Shown here piece by piece: positions 1 to 8,544 of a stretch of DNA of 54,710 nucleotides. The notes under the pieces are model-generated. The model was given only the letters and a program-made list of their open reading frames with translations, was not told where the DNA came from and made no database searches. The DNA is from Acidimicrobiaceae bacterium (GTDB taxonomy: Bacteria > Actinomycetota > Acidimicrobiia > Acidimicrobiales > RAAP-2), in assembly GCA_043758265.1 (NCBI GenBank), contig JAYVNV010000206.1, positions 1 to 54,710 of the forward strand, given 5' to 3'. Position numbers and translations under genes: made by a program. Positions within the stretch are counted from its first letter, which is position 1, and every line of letters begins with the position of its first letter.

Positions 1-771
1 GTAGGCGTCGATCACGACTTGGTTCAATCGAATCTCGTCGGGTGTGCCAGTTGCAATGACGCTACCGAAGTTGAGCACGTAAAGTCGCTCAGCCAGTGAC
101 ATGACAAGCTTCATGTCGTGCTCGATTAGCAGGATCGAGACGCCCAACTCGTCGCGCACTTTTCGAATGAGATTGGCCAGTTGAATCTTCTCCGCCGGGT
201 TAGTGCCAGCCGCTGGTTCGTCGAGCAGTAGTACCTCGGGGTTCGTCGCGAGTCCGCGAGCAATCTCAAGGCGCCGCCGGTCTCCGTAGGAAAGCGAGGC
301 CGATATATCGTTCGCCCGGTGGCGAAGACCTACGAAGTCGAGCAATTCAACAGTCTTCGCGTCCGAGGACTTCTCGTCACGCCTCGTGCGCGGTCCCTTC
401 ACCATGGCCCCAATGAAGCCGAGTCCCTTGTGTGATTCGGCACCAATCTTGATGTTCTCGAAGGTCGTGAGAGCCGAGAACATCCGTGACGCCTGAAAAG
501 TGCGTGCCACGCCAGCCGCGCTAATTCGATGAGGTTTCTTGCCGATGACGTCGAGTTGCTTCGAGTCCTTCGCGGTGAAGCTGATGGAGCCTTCTTGAGG
601 CTGGTAGACCCCGGTGAGCGAATTAAATAACGACGTCTTGCCCGCACCGTTGGGTCCGATGACGGCGAGGATTTCGCCACGCTCTTGTTGAAGGGTGACG
701 TCATTCAGCGAGACGATTCCACCGAAGCGCAGCGTTACGTGCTCAACATCGAAAATTAAGTCGGCACTCAC
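1..771 (-). CDS. livG: Branched-chain amino acid ABC transporter ATP-binding protein (LivG-like), 3' end runs off the window
   Basis: Read by hand: GTG at 771 overlaps the upstream stop (GTGA) and gives MSADLIFDVEHVTLRFGG...IGPNGAGKTS (Walker A)...LLDEP...IEHDM...VIDAY; frame open to position 1. Confidence 0.9.
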   Translation of the reverse strand, partial: MSADLIFDVEHVTLRFGGIVSLNDVTLQQERGEILAVIGPNGAGKTSLFNSLTGVYQPQEGSISFTAKDSKQLDVIGKKPHRISAAGVARTFQASRMFSALTTFENIKIGAESHKGLGFIGAMVKGPRTRRDEKSSDAKTVELLDFVGLRHRANDISASLSYGDRRRLEIARGLATNPEVLLLDEPAAGTNPAEKIQLANLIRKVRDELGVSILLIEHDMKLVMSLAERLYVLNFGSVIATGTPDEIRLNQVVIDAY

Positions 772-2111
772 GTGCCGTCTCCCGAGAGGACCTCGTTCAT
801 GTGCCCCTCGCCTTGCTCGGCCAAGGTAATCTCGCGCTTGCGCCGCTTCGACGGGATTAGTCCGGCGGGACGGAAGATCATCATCACGACGAGCAGTGCG
901 CCGAGGTAGATGTAGAGGTCCTGGGGCTGGTATCCGGCTGGGGGCGAGTGGATCAGGTACATCGACACCGTTTGGATCAGGATTGCACCGACGAGGGTTC
1001 CCGTAATAGATCCCATTCCGCCAAAGATCACCAGAACCAGGATGTTGATCGAGAACAGCAACGTAAAAGTAGATGGCGACACGAAATTGGTCTGGGCCGC
1101 CGTCATCACTCCCGCGAATCCCGCGCTCGCCGCGCCGATTGCGAATGCCATCACCTTGTACTTGAGCGGATTGATACCGAGCGATTGTGCGGCGACCTCG
1201 TCCTCGCGGATCGCGGTCCAGGCCCGTCCGACGCGACTGTGCTCAAGCAACGAAAAGGCAAGCAGAAAGATGACCACGAAACCCAAGGTGAGGTAGTAAT
1301 AAGGCACGGGAGCGAGTCCCCAGAGATACTTGATCGGTCCGACGTTAAACGAGAAGTGGGGAATCTGGTTGGTGCCGGTGGCCCCACCCGTAATGCCATA
1401 AAGGTTGTTGGCGAAAAGCGCGATGATCTCACCAAAGCCGAGTGTGACAATCGCGAGGTAGTCGCCCCGCAATCGAAGCGTGGGGGCACCGAGAATGACC
1501 CCCGCTACCATCACCAGCACGATTGCCACAGGAATCGCAAAGAAGGGATTGAGGTGGACACCAAAGGGCGGAGGAAGCGGCAGGGCGCCCGTAACCCAGG
1601 CGGTCGCGTAGGCGCCAATGGCGTAGAACGCGACGTACCCGAGGTCGAGGAGACCGGCGAAGCCGACCACCACGTTCAGTCCGAGCGCCAAGAGGACGTA
1701 GACCGCAATCTGCTCAACCATCGCCGCGTGCCAGAACGGATCAGTCTCGATGTGTGGAAGGAGAATGGCGAATACCAGTAGACCGAGTCCCACTAGGCGA
1801 CGCAGGGATTTCCTCTCCGTCAGTGTCCTTGGACCCTGCATGGCAGCGGCAACGCCTGACTTCACTTGGCTGCCCCGCACTTTCCACAACACGCCCACCG
1901 CGAAGACGATGATTGACAGCGCGAGAAAGACCACCCAACGGTGGGTCCGGAAGAGTCCAAAGAACGACGCTGGCTCTGAGAATGAACCACTGATTCCCGC
2001 CATCGGGGTCTGGCTGCTGCCAGGCGGACCGGTCACGACAGCCAGCAGCGCCACCGTGATGAGACAATTTAGGTAACTACGAACTCGTCGGTTCTGCCAC
2101 AAAGTCCGCAC
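768..2111 (-). CDS. livM: Branched-chain amino acid ABC transporter permease (LivM-like)
   Basis: GLNVVVGFAGLLDLGYVAFYAIGAY, LRLRGDYLAIVTLGFGEI and GRAWTAIREDEVAA motifs; many TM segments. Confidence 0.92.
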   Translation of the reverse strand: MRTLWQNRRVRSYLNCLITVALLAVVTGPPGSSQTPMAGISGSFSEPASFFGLFRTHRWVVFLALSIIVFAVGVLWKVRGSQVKSGVAAAMQGPRTLTERKSLRRLVGLGLLVFAILLPHIETDPFWHAAMVEQIAVYVLLALGLNVVVGFAGLLDLGYVAFYAIGAYATAWVTGALPLPPPFGVHLNPFFAIPVAIVLVMVAGVILGAPTLRLRGDYLAIVTLGFGEIIALFANNLYGITGGATGTNQIPHFSFNVGPIKYLWGLAPVPYYYLTLGFVVIFLLAFSLLEHSRVGRAWTAIREDEVAAQSLGINPLKYKVMAFAIGAASAGFAGVMTAAQTNFVSPSTFTLLFSINILVLVIFGGMGSITGTLVGAILIQTVSMYLIHSPPAGYQPQDLYIYLGALLVVMMIFRPAGLIPSKRRKREITLAEQGEGHMNEVLSGDGT

Positions 2112-3073
2112 TACGCCGACCTCCCAAGGCGCTCACCGAGTATGCCGGTCGGACGAATGAGCAGGACCAAGACCAAGATGCCAAAGGCGACGACGTCAAT
2201 GTACGAGGCAACCACGAACGCAATCGAAAGGCTCTCAACAACCCCGAGCAAAAGTCCACCAATGACCGCACCACGAATGTTGCCAATGCCACCGAGGACC
2301 GCGGCCGTGAAGGCCTTGAGTGCCGGGGTGAAGCCCATGGTGAAAACCACACCGTTCCCGAGGGCGAACAAGAAGCCAGCCGCTCCCCCCAACGTGCCGC
2401 CCAGCAAGAAGGTGAGGGCAATCGTTCGATCAATGTTGACGCCCATCAATGACGCCGTCTCCGCGTCTTGTGCAACAGCGCGAATGCTTCGCCCCAGCCG
2501 CGTGGTGGCAACCATTCGGTCCAAACCAATCAACATGATCACGCCCACGACCGTAATAATGATGTAGTACATCTGCACCGGAGCGCCGAAGATACTAAAG
2601 ACCGGGTGATTGATGTAAATCTGAGGCAACGCGATGTTGTAGCGGCCAAACTCTTTACCGGCCATGTTGAAAAGGAAATATGAGGCTCCAATGGCGCTAA
2701 TCAAGTAGGCCAATTTTGGTGCATTTCGACGGCGGAGCGGTCGGTAGGCCACGCGCTCAAGAATGAGGGCAATCGCTGCACCGGCGGCACCGCCGACCAG
2801 GATGCCGAGGAGGATGAACCCCAACGAGGACATACCGCTTGGCAGAGAATTACCGACCAGCGCTTTGATGGCGAAATAACTAGCGAATCCCCCCGTCATG
2901 AAGATTTCGGAGTGAGCGAAGTTGATCAGCCGAAGCACGCCATAGACCATTGTGTACCCAATCGCAATGAGTCCGTAGATAAGACCATTTGCGACACCGT
3001 CCACCATGAGCCCCCAAAACTCCAACCGCAAGGTCGCAAAGTGTGACGCAAAGTAGTGCGCGAATCCGCTCAA
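2111..3073 (-). CDS. livH: Branched-chain amino acid ABC transporter permease (LivH-like)
   Basis: YGLIAIGYTMVYGVLRLINFAHSE, ERVAYRPLR and KAFTAAVLGGIGNI motifs. Confidence 0.93.
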   Translation of the reverse strand: MSGFAHYFASHFATLRLEFWGLMVDGVANGLIYGLIAIGYTMVYGVLRLINFAHSEIFMTGGFASYFAIKALVGNSLPSGMSSLGFILLGILVGGAAGAAIALILERVAYRPLRRRNAPKLAYLISAIGASYFLFNMAGKEFGRYNIALPQIYINHPVFSIFGAPVQMYYIIITVVGVIMLIGLDRMVATTRLGRSIRAVAQDAETASLMGVNIDRTIALTFLLGGTLGGAAGFLFALGNGVVFTMGFTPALKAFTAAVLGGIGNIRGAVIGGLLLGVVESLSIAFVVASYIDVVAFGILVLVLLIRPTGILGERLGRSA

Positions 3074-3116
3074 GACGTTTCCTCGACTTTCTTAGGACAA
3101 GTGAGAAATTGTAGAC

Positions 3117-3161
3117 CAATTGCCAGGGCCGGAGGCTAATCGCCTCCGGCCCTGGCAATTG
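3117..3161. terminator. Perfect 20-bp stem-loop between the SBP gene and livH (mRNA stabiliser or partial terminator)
   Basis: caattgccagggccggaggc-taatc-gcctccggccctggcaattg. Confidence 0.7.
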
Positions 3162-3176
3162 TGAAGCAAAATCAAA

Positions 3177-4382
3177 TCAACTGTGACCAGCTGAAGTGAT
3201 GACCCCACCGATGATCTTGGAGAAGTCAACGACCGTCGTGGCGTTTAGGTCTCCATTGCTCTGGAACGAAAGCTTGCCAGTTACACCGTTGTACACCAAT
3301 TTGTGTAGTTGCTTGATCAGTGCCGGGCGCAGTTTCCCGACCGAGGCCCTGGCCGTGAAGGACTTCTTCAACGAGGCGATGATCATGTTGGTTGCGTCGT
3401 ACGCCTGGGCGGCGTACGTTGCGTCCTTCGCTGGGAAGTGGGCCAACGCCTTGTACTGCGTAGCCAGCTTGCCCTTCAGGGTCGACGAGCCACCACCAGC
3501 AACACTCAAGTACACGTTGTTCGCAGCCGAAGCGGGCGAAGTTCCTGTCACGAGGGCGGTTGAAAGCGAACCGTCACCTGACATGATCGCACCCTTGAAA
3601 CCGGCGCTGGAGAGCGCACCGAGCAGCAAGCCGAGGTCACAGTAGTACCCGCCGTAAAAGATCGAGGCCGGGTTAGCGGCGACAATCGCGGTTGCCGCGG
3701 CGTTGTACTGGGTCGCTGAGGCCGTACCACCACAGGAGCTCGTCTCGTTCAACGTCTGTGTCGTGACAGTCGCGCCATCTTTCTTGGCTTGAGTGGCGAC
3801 AACTCCGGCAAGTCCAGCACCATAGAACGAAGCGTCATCGACGACGAGGACGCTCTTCAGCGACTTCGTCTTCACGAGGAAGTTGGCATCAGCGACTCCC
3901 TGAACGTCGTCACCGGCAACCACGCGCATGAAGTTGTTGTTCGTCTTGCCTGTGGCGAGAGCGGCGGCGGTTGCTGACGGGCTCACCGTCGCGATGTGCG
4001 CAGCTGCGTAGTACGGCTCAGCGGCGCGCGTGGCGCCGGAGAACGCTGGTCCAACGACAGCAACGAGACGCTTATTGGCGACTGCGGCCTGTGCCTGAGC
4101 GGGCGAGAACGATCCCGAACCCTGGTCGTCATAGGAAGCGAGCTTCAACTTGAAAGGCAGTCGACCATTGGCGTTGGCGTTCTGAATCGCCAGCTGCACG
4201 CCAAAAATCATGTTGAGGCCTAACTGGGCATTGCCACCCGTGAGTGGTCCTTCGTATCCGATGGTGAACGATGGCTTTGAAGACGCTCCTGATGCTGACG
4301 CAATGCCAACTACTGGCACCGCCATCAGAAGCAGGGCACTCGACGCCACCGCAGCCACGGTCTTGTTTAAACGAGACTTCAT
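3177..4382 (-). CDS. Branched-chain amino acid ABC transporter substrate-binding protein (LivK/LivJ family)
   Basis: N-terminal signal peptide; GPLTGGNAQLG, VVGPAFSG, SPSAT, FMRVVAGDDVQG and AYDA motifs; GAGGAGG RBS. Confidence 0.9.
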   Translation of the reverse strand: MKSRLNKTVAAVASSALLLMAVPVVGIASASGASSKPSFTIGYEGPLTGGNAQLGLNMIFGVQLAIQNANANGRLPFKLKLASYDDQGSGSFSPAQAQAAVANKRLVAVVGPAFSGATRAAEPYYAAAHIATVSPSATAAALATGKTNNNFMRVVAGDDVQGVADANFLVKTKSLKSVLVVDDASFYGAGLAGVVATQAKKDGATVTTQTLNETSSCGGTASATQYNAAATAIVAANPASIFYGGYYCDLGLLLGALSSAGFKGAIMSGDGSLSTALVTGTSPASAANNVYLSVAGGGSSTLKGKLATQYKALAHFPAKDATYAAQAYDATNMIIASLKKSFTARASVGKLRPALIKQLHKLVYNGVTGKLSFQSNGDLNATTVVDFSKIIGGVITSAGHS

Positions 4383-4570
4383 AGCTCGTCCTCCTCAACT
4401 GTGTTGAATAACTCCCCAATTCGACCCTCAAAAGGCCACGATGTGACGGATTTGAAAGACTTAGGAGATGTTTAGGCCACTTTGACCACTGCGAAACAGT
4501 AGCAGTCGCTATACCAACTAAATAGTTCACCCCCGAAGATATGCCCGACCTAAGTCAGGATTTTCTACAG

Positions 4571-4584
4571 CGAACAGGTGTTTG
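4571..4584. promoter_or_regulatory. LexA (SOS) box 1
   Basis: CGAAC-AGGT-GTTTG, one mismatch from CGAAC-N4-GTTCG; overlaps the putative lexA -35. Confidence 0.75.
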
Positions 4585-4610
4585 CTTTAGTGGAAATTCT
4601 GAGTTATCCT
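4582..4610 (+). promoter_or_regulatory. Putative sigmaA-type promoter of lexA
   Basis: TTGCTT (4582-4587), 17-bp spacer, TATCCT (4605-4610). Confidence 0.65.
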
Positions 4611-4611
4611 G

Positions 4612-4625
4612 CGAACAGATGTTCG
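4612..4625. promoter_or_regulatory. LexA (SOS) box 2
   Basis: Perfect CGAAC-AGAT-GTTCG just downstream of the -10. Confidence 0.88.
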
Positions 4626-4643
4626 TCTAAGAAAAGGAGCAAC

Positions 4644-5267
4644 ATGGCTGAAGTTCTCACTCCCATGCGTCGCCAGATACTCGAATTCATCATCTCATGC
4701 CAGCGCGAGCGAAACTTTCCCCCCACGATCCGTGAGATCGGCGAGCACGTCGGCCTCAAGTCCCCGGCCACCGTCGCCAACCACATTGAAGTGCTAAAGC
4801 GCGCGGGTTACATCGAGAAGAACCCACAGCAACCTCGTACGCTCACCGTTCGACTCGACGTCGAGAACCCGGCACCCAATCAGATGATCCGCTACATACC
4901 GTTCGTTGGTGACGTTGCGGCCGGCACCGGTGTCTTGGCCCAGGAGAGCGGGCACGAACTTATGTCGATACCCGAACAGTTCGCAGGCCGTGGTGACAGT
5001 TTCGTGTTGCAAGTCCGTGGCGAGTCAATGATAGAGGCCGGTATTCTTCCTGGTGACTACGTGATTGTACAGCGTCAAGTAATCGCCAACAAGGGCGAGA
5101 TCGTGGTCGCCGAGATTCCCGGAGGCGAGGCGACCGTGAAGCGATATTTCCCGCAGGGTGCGCGCACAGTGCTAAAGCCCGAGAACTCGACAATGGAGCC
5201 AATGGAGTTCGATTCGAATGAGGTTCACCTCTTCGGCAAGGTGATTTCAGTCCTTCGCAGCTACTAA
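4644..5267 (+). CDS. lexA: SOS repressor LexA
   Basis: wHTH (PPTIREIGEHVGLKSPATV), VAAG cleavage site, GESM catalytic Ser, ATVK catalytic Lys; ATG at 4644 follows AAGGAG. Confidence 0.96.
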   Translation: MAEVLTPMRRQILEFIISCQRERNFPPTIREIGEHVGLKSPATVANHIEVLKRAGYIEKNPQQPRTLTVRLDVENPAPNQMIRYIPFVGDVAAGTGVLAQESGHELMSIPEQFAGRGDSFVLQVRGESMIEAGILPGDYVIVQRQVIANKGEIVVAEIPGGEATVKRYFPQGARTVLKPENSTMEPMEFDSNEVHLFGKVISVLRSY

Positions 5268-5545
5268 GCGAGTTAATCTCGCCGCACTACTCAGACAGCT
5301 CTGAACCAGCAACGCAGCACAACCGCAGCACTCAAGGGCGGGCCGTCCACTCTGGCGCTTTCGTCACGCAACCTCTCACTTCGTCGACCAAAGAAGAGTC
5401 ATAGCTCGACATTCCACGGCGTGGTTCCACAAGGCCAATGAGTCCCGAGAACGGATTGTGGCCGAGCGCTGCGTGGGCACTGACAAGGTTAATGGGACCC
5501 GCCACGGGCGCAGCCGACCGTCACGGCAGATGCGGCAACGTGCCG

Positions 5546-6595
5546 CTACGAGAGCCACGCGCGAAGCGCCTCGGCGAAGTCGTCAAGCTCCTTGAGCGTG
5601 ACAAACTCGTCGCTTCGGTGCGCGAGTAGAGGGTCGCCAGCTCCGAAGTTCGTCGCCGGGATGCCAAGCTCAGCGAAGGTCGCGACGTCCGTCCAGCCGA
5701 CCTTGCCACGAGCCCCGTGGCCACTCAACGTGACCAAGGCCGCCAGTCGGTCGTTAGTGAGCGACGGCACTGCGGGGGGCGCCCAGTCGGTGACCTCGAT
5801 GACGTCGCCTTCCTCAATGAAGTCGGCGAGGAACGATTCGAGTGCCGCGAACGCCTCCTCTTTAGTCCGATCGGGGGCAACTCGGTGATTGAGAGTGCAA
5901 CCGGCTCGATCAGGCACGACATTCGGTGCGACACCACCGAAAATATCGACCACCTGCAACTGCTCCGTAAAGATAATTGCGTCCAACGTCGCGGCGCGCG
6001 GCTCGTAGCTCGCGACGCGAGTGATGACGTCACCCAGGCGATGGATTGCGTTGCGGCCGGTGAATGGACGCGCCGTGTGGGCACGGGCGCCGGCCATTTC
6101 TACTGAAACGCGTAGTGTCCCCTGGCACCCGGCCTCGACCCGTCCGCCCGTTGGCTCTGCGAGCACCACGGCGTCGGCGTCGAGGAGGTCTGGACGGAGT
6201 TGGGCGATCTCGAGCAGCCCAGAATCGCTGCGCGAAATCTCCTCGCGAGCGTAAAAGACCCAGGTCACCTCGACTGAGCGCGGTGTGGGGAGGGCGGCCA
6301 GCTCCAGCATGACGGCCAACGAACCCTTCATGTCACAGGCGCCCAAGCCCCGCAACTCGTCGCCCACGATTGCGGCGGCACTCGCGTCGCCCGGGACCGT
6401 GTCGAGGTGACCAGCTACCAGCAGTCTCGTCGCGTGGTGGCCAGTCGTGCGCGCGACGACGTTGTCACCGATCCGCTCGACGTCGAGAGCGGGATTTTGT
6501 TGAAGGACTAGGGCGACGTGATGGGCCAAGGCCGCCTCGGCGCGACTGACCGAATCGATCGCAACCAAGGCGTACGCGTCGTCTAGACGACTCAC
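5546..6595 (-). CDS. dapE: Succinyl-diaminopimelate desuccinylase (actinobacterial type, M20)
   Basis: GHLDTVP, GACDMKG, REE, EPT, GWTDVA and GDPLLAH motifs; coupled to dapD. Confidence 0.92.
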   Translation of the reverse strand: MSRLDDAYALVAIDSVSRAEAALAHHVALVLQQNPALDVERIGDNVVARTTGHHATRLLVAGHLDTVPGDASAAAIVGDELRGLGACDMKGSLAVMLELAALPTPRSVEVTWVFYAREEISRSDSGLLEIAQLRPDLLDADAVVLAEPTGGRVEAGCQGTLRVSVEMAGARAHTARPFTGRNAIHRLGDVITRVASYEPRAATLDAIIFTEQLQVVDIFGGVAPNVVPDRAGCTLNHRVAPDRTKEEAFAALESFLADFIEEGDVIEVTDWAPPAVPSLTNDRLAALVTLSGHGARGKVGWTDVATFAELGIPATNFGAGDPLLAHRSDEFVTLKELDDFAEALRAWLS

Positions 6596-7416
6596 GTGGC
6601 GACACCGTGCTCGCGCAACAGCGCGTTCAGCGTGACCTTATTGTGTCGTTCGCCTTCGCTCATGCGACGAATTATGAGTACGCAGGGCAGATAGAACTCT
6701 CCCCCAGCGAACTCGCGTCGTCGGTTCGCCGAGATTGCGACGCAGTAGTCGGGCACGTAGCCGCGAGACACCTCTTCGCCGCTCGACGCGTCGATGACCG
6801 GAATCGACGGGTTAAGAATCGTGCCGGCACCGAGGATTGCGCCCTTCCCGACCCGGGCACCCTCGACCACCATGCAGCGACTGCCGATGAAGGCGTCGTC
6901 CTCGATGACGACCGGAACTGCGTTAGCCGGCTCCAGGACGCCCCCGATGCCCACCCCACCCGACAGGTGCACATTCGCACCGATCTGGGCGCAACTGCCG
7001 ACCGTCGCCCACGTGTCAACCATCGTGCCCGGTCCGACCCAGGCACCGATGTTTACGTAGCTCGGCATCAAGATGACGCCGGGACTCAAGAAGCTGCCCC
7101 GTCTGGCCGACGCGCCAGGTACGACGCGCACGCCACGGCGCTCGTAGTCGTGTTTCAGCTCGAGCTTGTCGTGGTACTCGAAGGGACCGACCTCGAACCT
7201 CTCCATGCCCCGCAAACGAAAGAGCAGGAGGATCGCCTTTTTCACCCACTCGTGCACGACCACGTCGCCGTTCGCGTCGATCTCGGCCGCGCGCAGCTGT
7301 CCGTCGTCGAGCTTCGTGACCACGAGTTCCACGTCTCGACGGGCTTCGAGATGCTCGGGCGTCATCTCCGCCACGTTGTCGTACCACTGGTTGATACGCG
7401 TTTCAAGATCGCTCAT
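6592..7416 (-). CDS. dapD: Tetrahydrodipicolinate N-succinyltransferase (E. coli-type)
   Basis: WVKKAILL, MPSYVNIGA, DTWATVGSCAQIG and GIGGVLEP motifs; hexapeptide repeats. Confidence 0.95.
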   Translation of the reverse strand: MSDLETRINQWYDNVAEMTPEHLEARRDVELVVTKLDDGQLRAAEIDANGDVVVHEWVKKAILLLFRLRGMERFEVGPFEYHDKLELKHDYERRGVRVVPGASARRGSFLSPGVILMPSYVNIGAWVGPGTMVDTWATVGSCAQIGANVHLSGGVGIGGVLEPANAVPVVIEDDAFIGSRCMVVEGARVGKGAILGAGTILNPSIPVIDASSGEEVSRGYVPDYCVAISANRRREFAGGEFYLPCVLIIRRMSEGERHNKVTLNALLREHGVAT

Positions 7417-7440
7417 GGAGCCAATCTACAGGCGGGCCAA

Positions 7441-8544
7441 TCAGTGACCTTGGAGTCGGGTAACGGCGAGAGCGAGGCGCTCGTCGGGCTGCACCATCGC
7501 CACGCGCACGAAGTCGCGACCGGCGTCACCGTAGAGTTCACCGGGACTAACAACGAGTCCCGACGCCTCGGCGAGCAGCGCAGCGAGCGCCCAGCCGTCC
7601 AGTCCGGCCTTCGAGCACCAGAGGTAGAAGGCGCCCTCGGGCATCGGTGCGGCGACGCCGAACGCCGTCAACGCGCTCGACATCCACTCCAGCCGCGTGC
7701 GATAGCGGTCGCGTTGGAGGTCCACGTGCACGTCGTCGCTGTAGGCGACCGCGACGGCCGCCTGCACCGGGCCGGGCACCATGAAGCCGGCGTGCTGGCG
7801 CACGAGGCGAAGGAACGACACGACCTCGGGGTCGCCGGCGTAAAAGCCAGCGCGTAGACCGGCGAGATTCGATCGTTTGGAGGCCGAATGGACGCTGATG
7901 ACACCGTCGAGGCGGTGCTCGAGGATTGAGCGCGGCTCGCCGCGCCACGTGAACTCGGCGTAGCACTCGTCACTGAAGACGAGGACCCCGTGTCCTCGGC
8001 CCCACTCGGCGACGGCGCCGAGGTCGTCGAGGACACCAGTCGGGTTGGACGGCGAGTTCGACCAGAGTAGAAGCGCGCGCGCGGCGTCACTCGGGTCGAT
8101 TGAGTCGAGGTCCAGTCGTCCCGCAGTCATCGCGACCGGTACCGAACGCAGCCCGGCCAGTGTCGCGCCCATGGCGTAGGTCGGGTAGCTAATCGCGGGG
8201 TAGAGGATCGTGTCGCGTTGGGGGGAACGAAGATGCAAGTACCCCGCCACCGTGCCAACGAACTCTTTGGTGCCAATGCACGCGGCCAGTCCATCGGGCG
8301 CGACCTCGACGCCAAAGCGCCGCGCCAGCCAACCGGCGCACGCCTCTCGGTAGGGCAACGAGCCCTGCGACGTCGGATAACCGCGCGCGCTCGTCGCCTT
8401 CGCCAGTTCCTCGAGCACCGCGTCGGAGGGCGCGTCGACCGGGGTGCCGACGGAGCAGTCGATAGCGCCGCCCTCGTGGCGCGCCGCAATCCTCTTCACC
8501 TCGTCGAGCCGTTCGTAGGGGTACGGAGGCGGGGTGAACCTCAA
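7441..8544 (-). CDS. dapC: Succinyl-diaminopimelate transaminase (PLP class I/II)
   Basis: YPYERL, SVGTPVD, NSPSNPTG, SDECY and SKRSNLAGLRAG; start set at TTG overlapping the hflX stop (alternative GTG 8559). Confidence 0.85.
   Translation of the reverse strand: MRFTPPPYPYERLDEVKRIAARHEGGAIDCSVGTPVDAPSDAVLEELAKATSARGYPTSQGSLPYREACAGWLARRFGVEVAPDGLAACIGTKEFVGTVAGYLHLRSPQRDTILYPAISYPTYAMGATLAGLRSVPVAMTAGRLDLDSIDPSDAARALLLWSNSPSNPTGVLDDLGAVAEWGRGHGVLVFSDECYAEFTWRGEPRSILEHRLDGVISVHSASKRSNLAGLRAGFYAGDPEVVSFLRLVRQHAGFMVPGPVQAAVAVAYSDDVHVDLQRDRYRTRLEWMSSALTAFGVAAPMPEGAFYLWCSKAGLDGWALAALLAEASGLVVSPGELYGDAGRDFVRVAMVQPDERLALAVTRLQGH

Noticed and set aside
6607-7857. Long antisense ORFs (also 19497-20666, 28930-29997, 33743-34984, 41509-42636 and others)
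   Set aside because: Shadow frames of well-supported genes in high-GC DNA; no recognisable motifs
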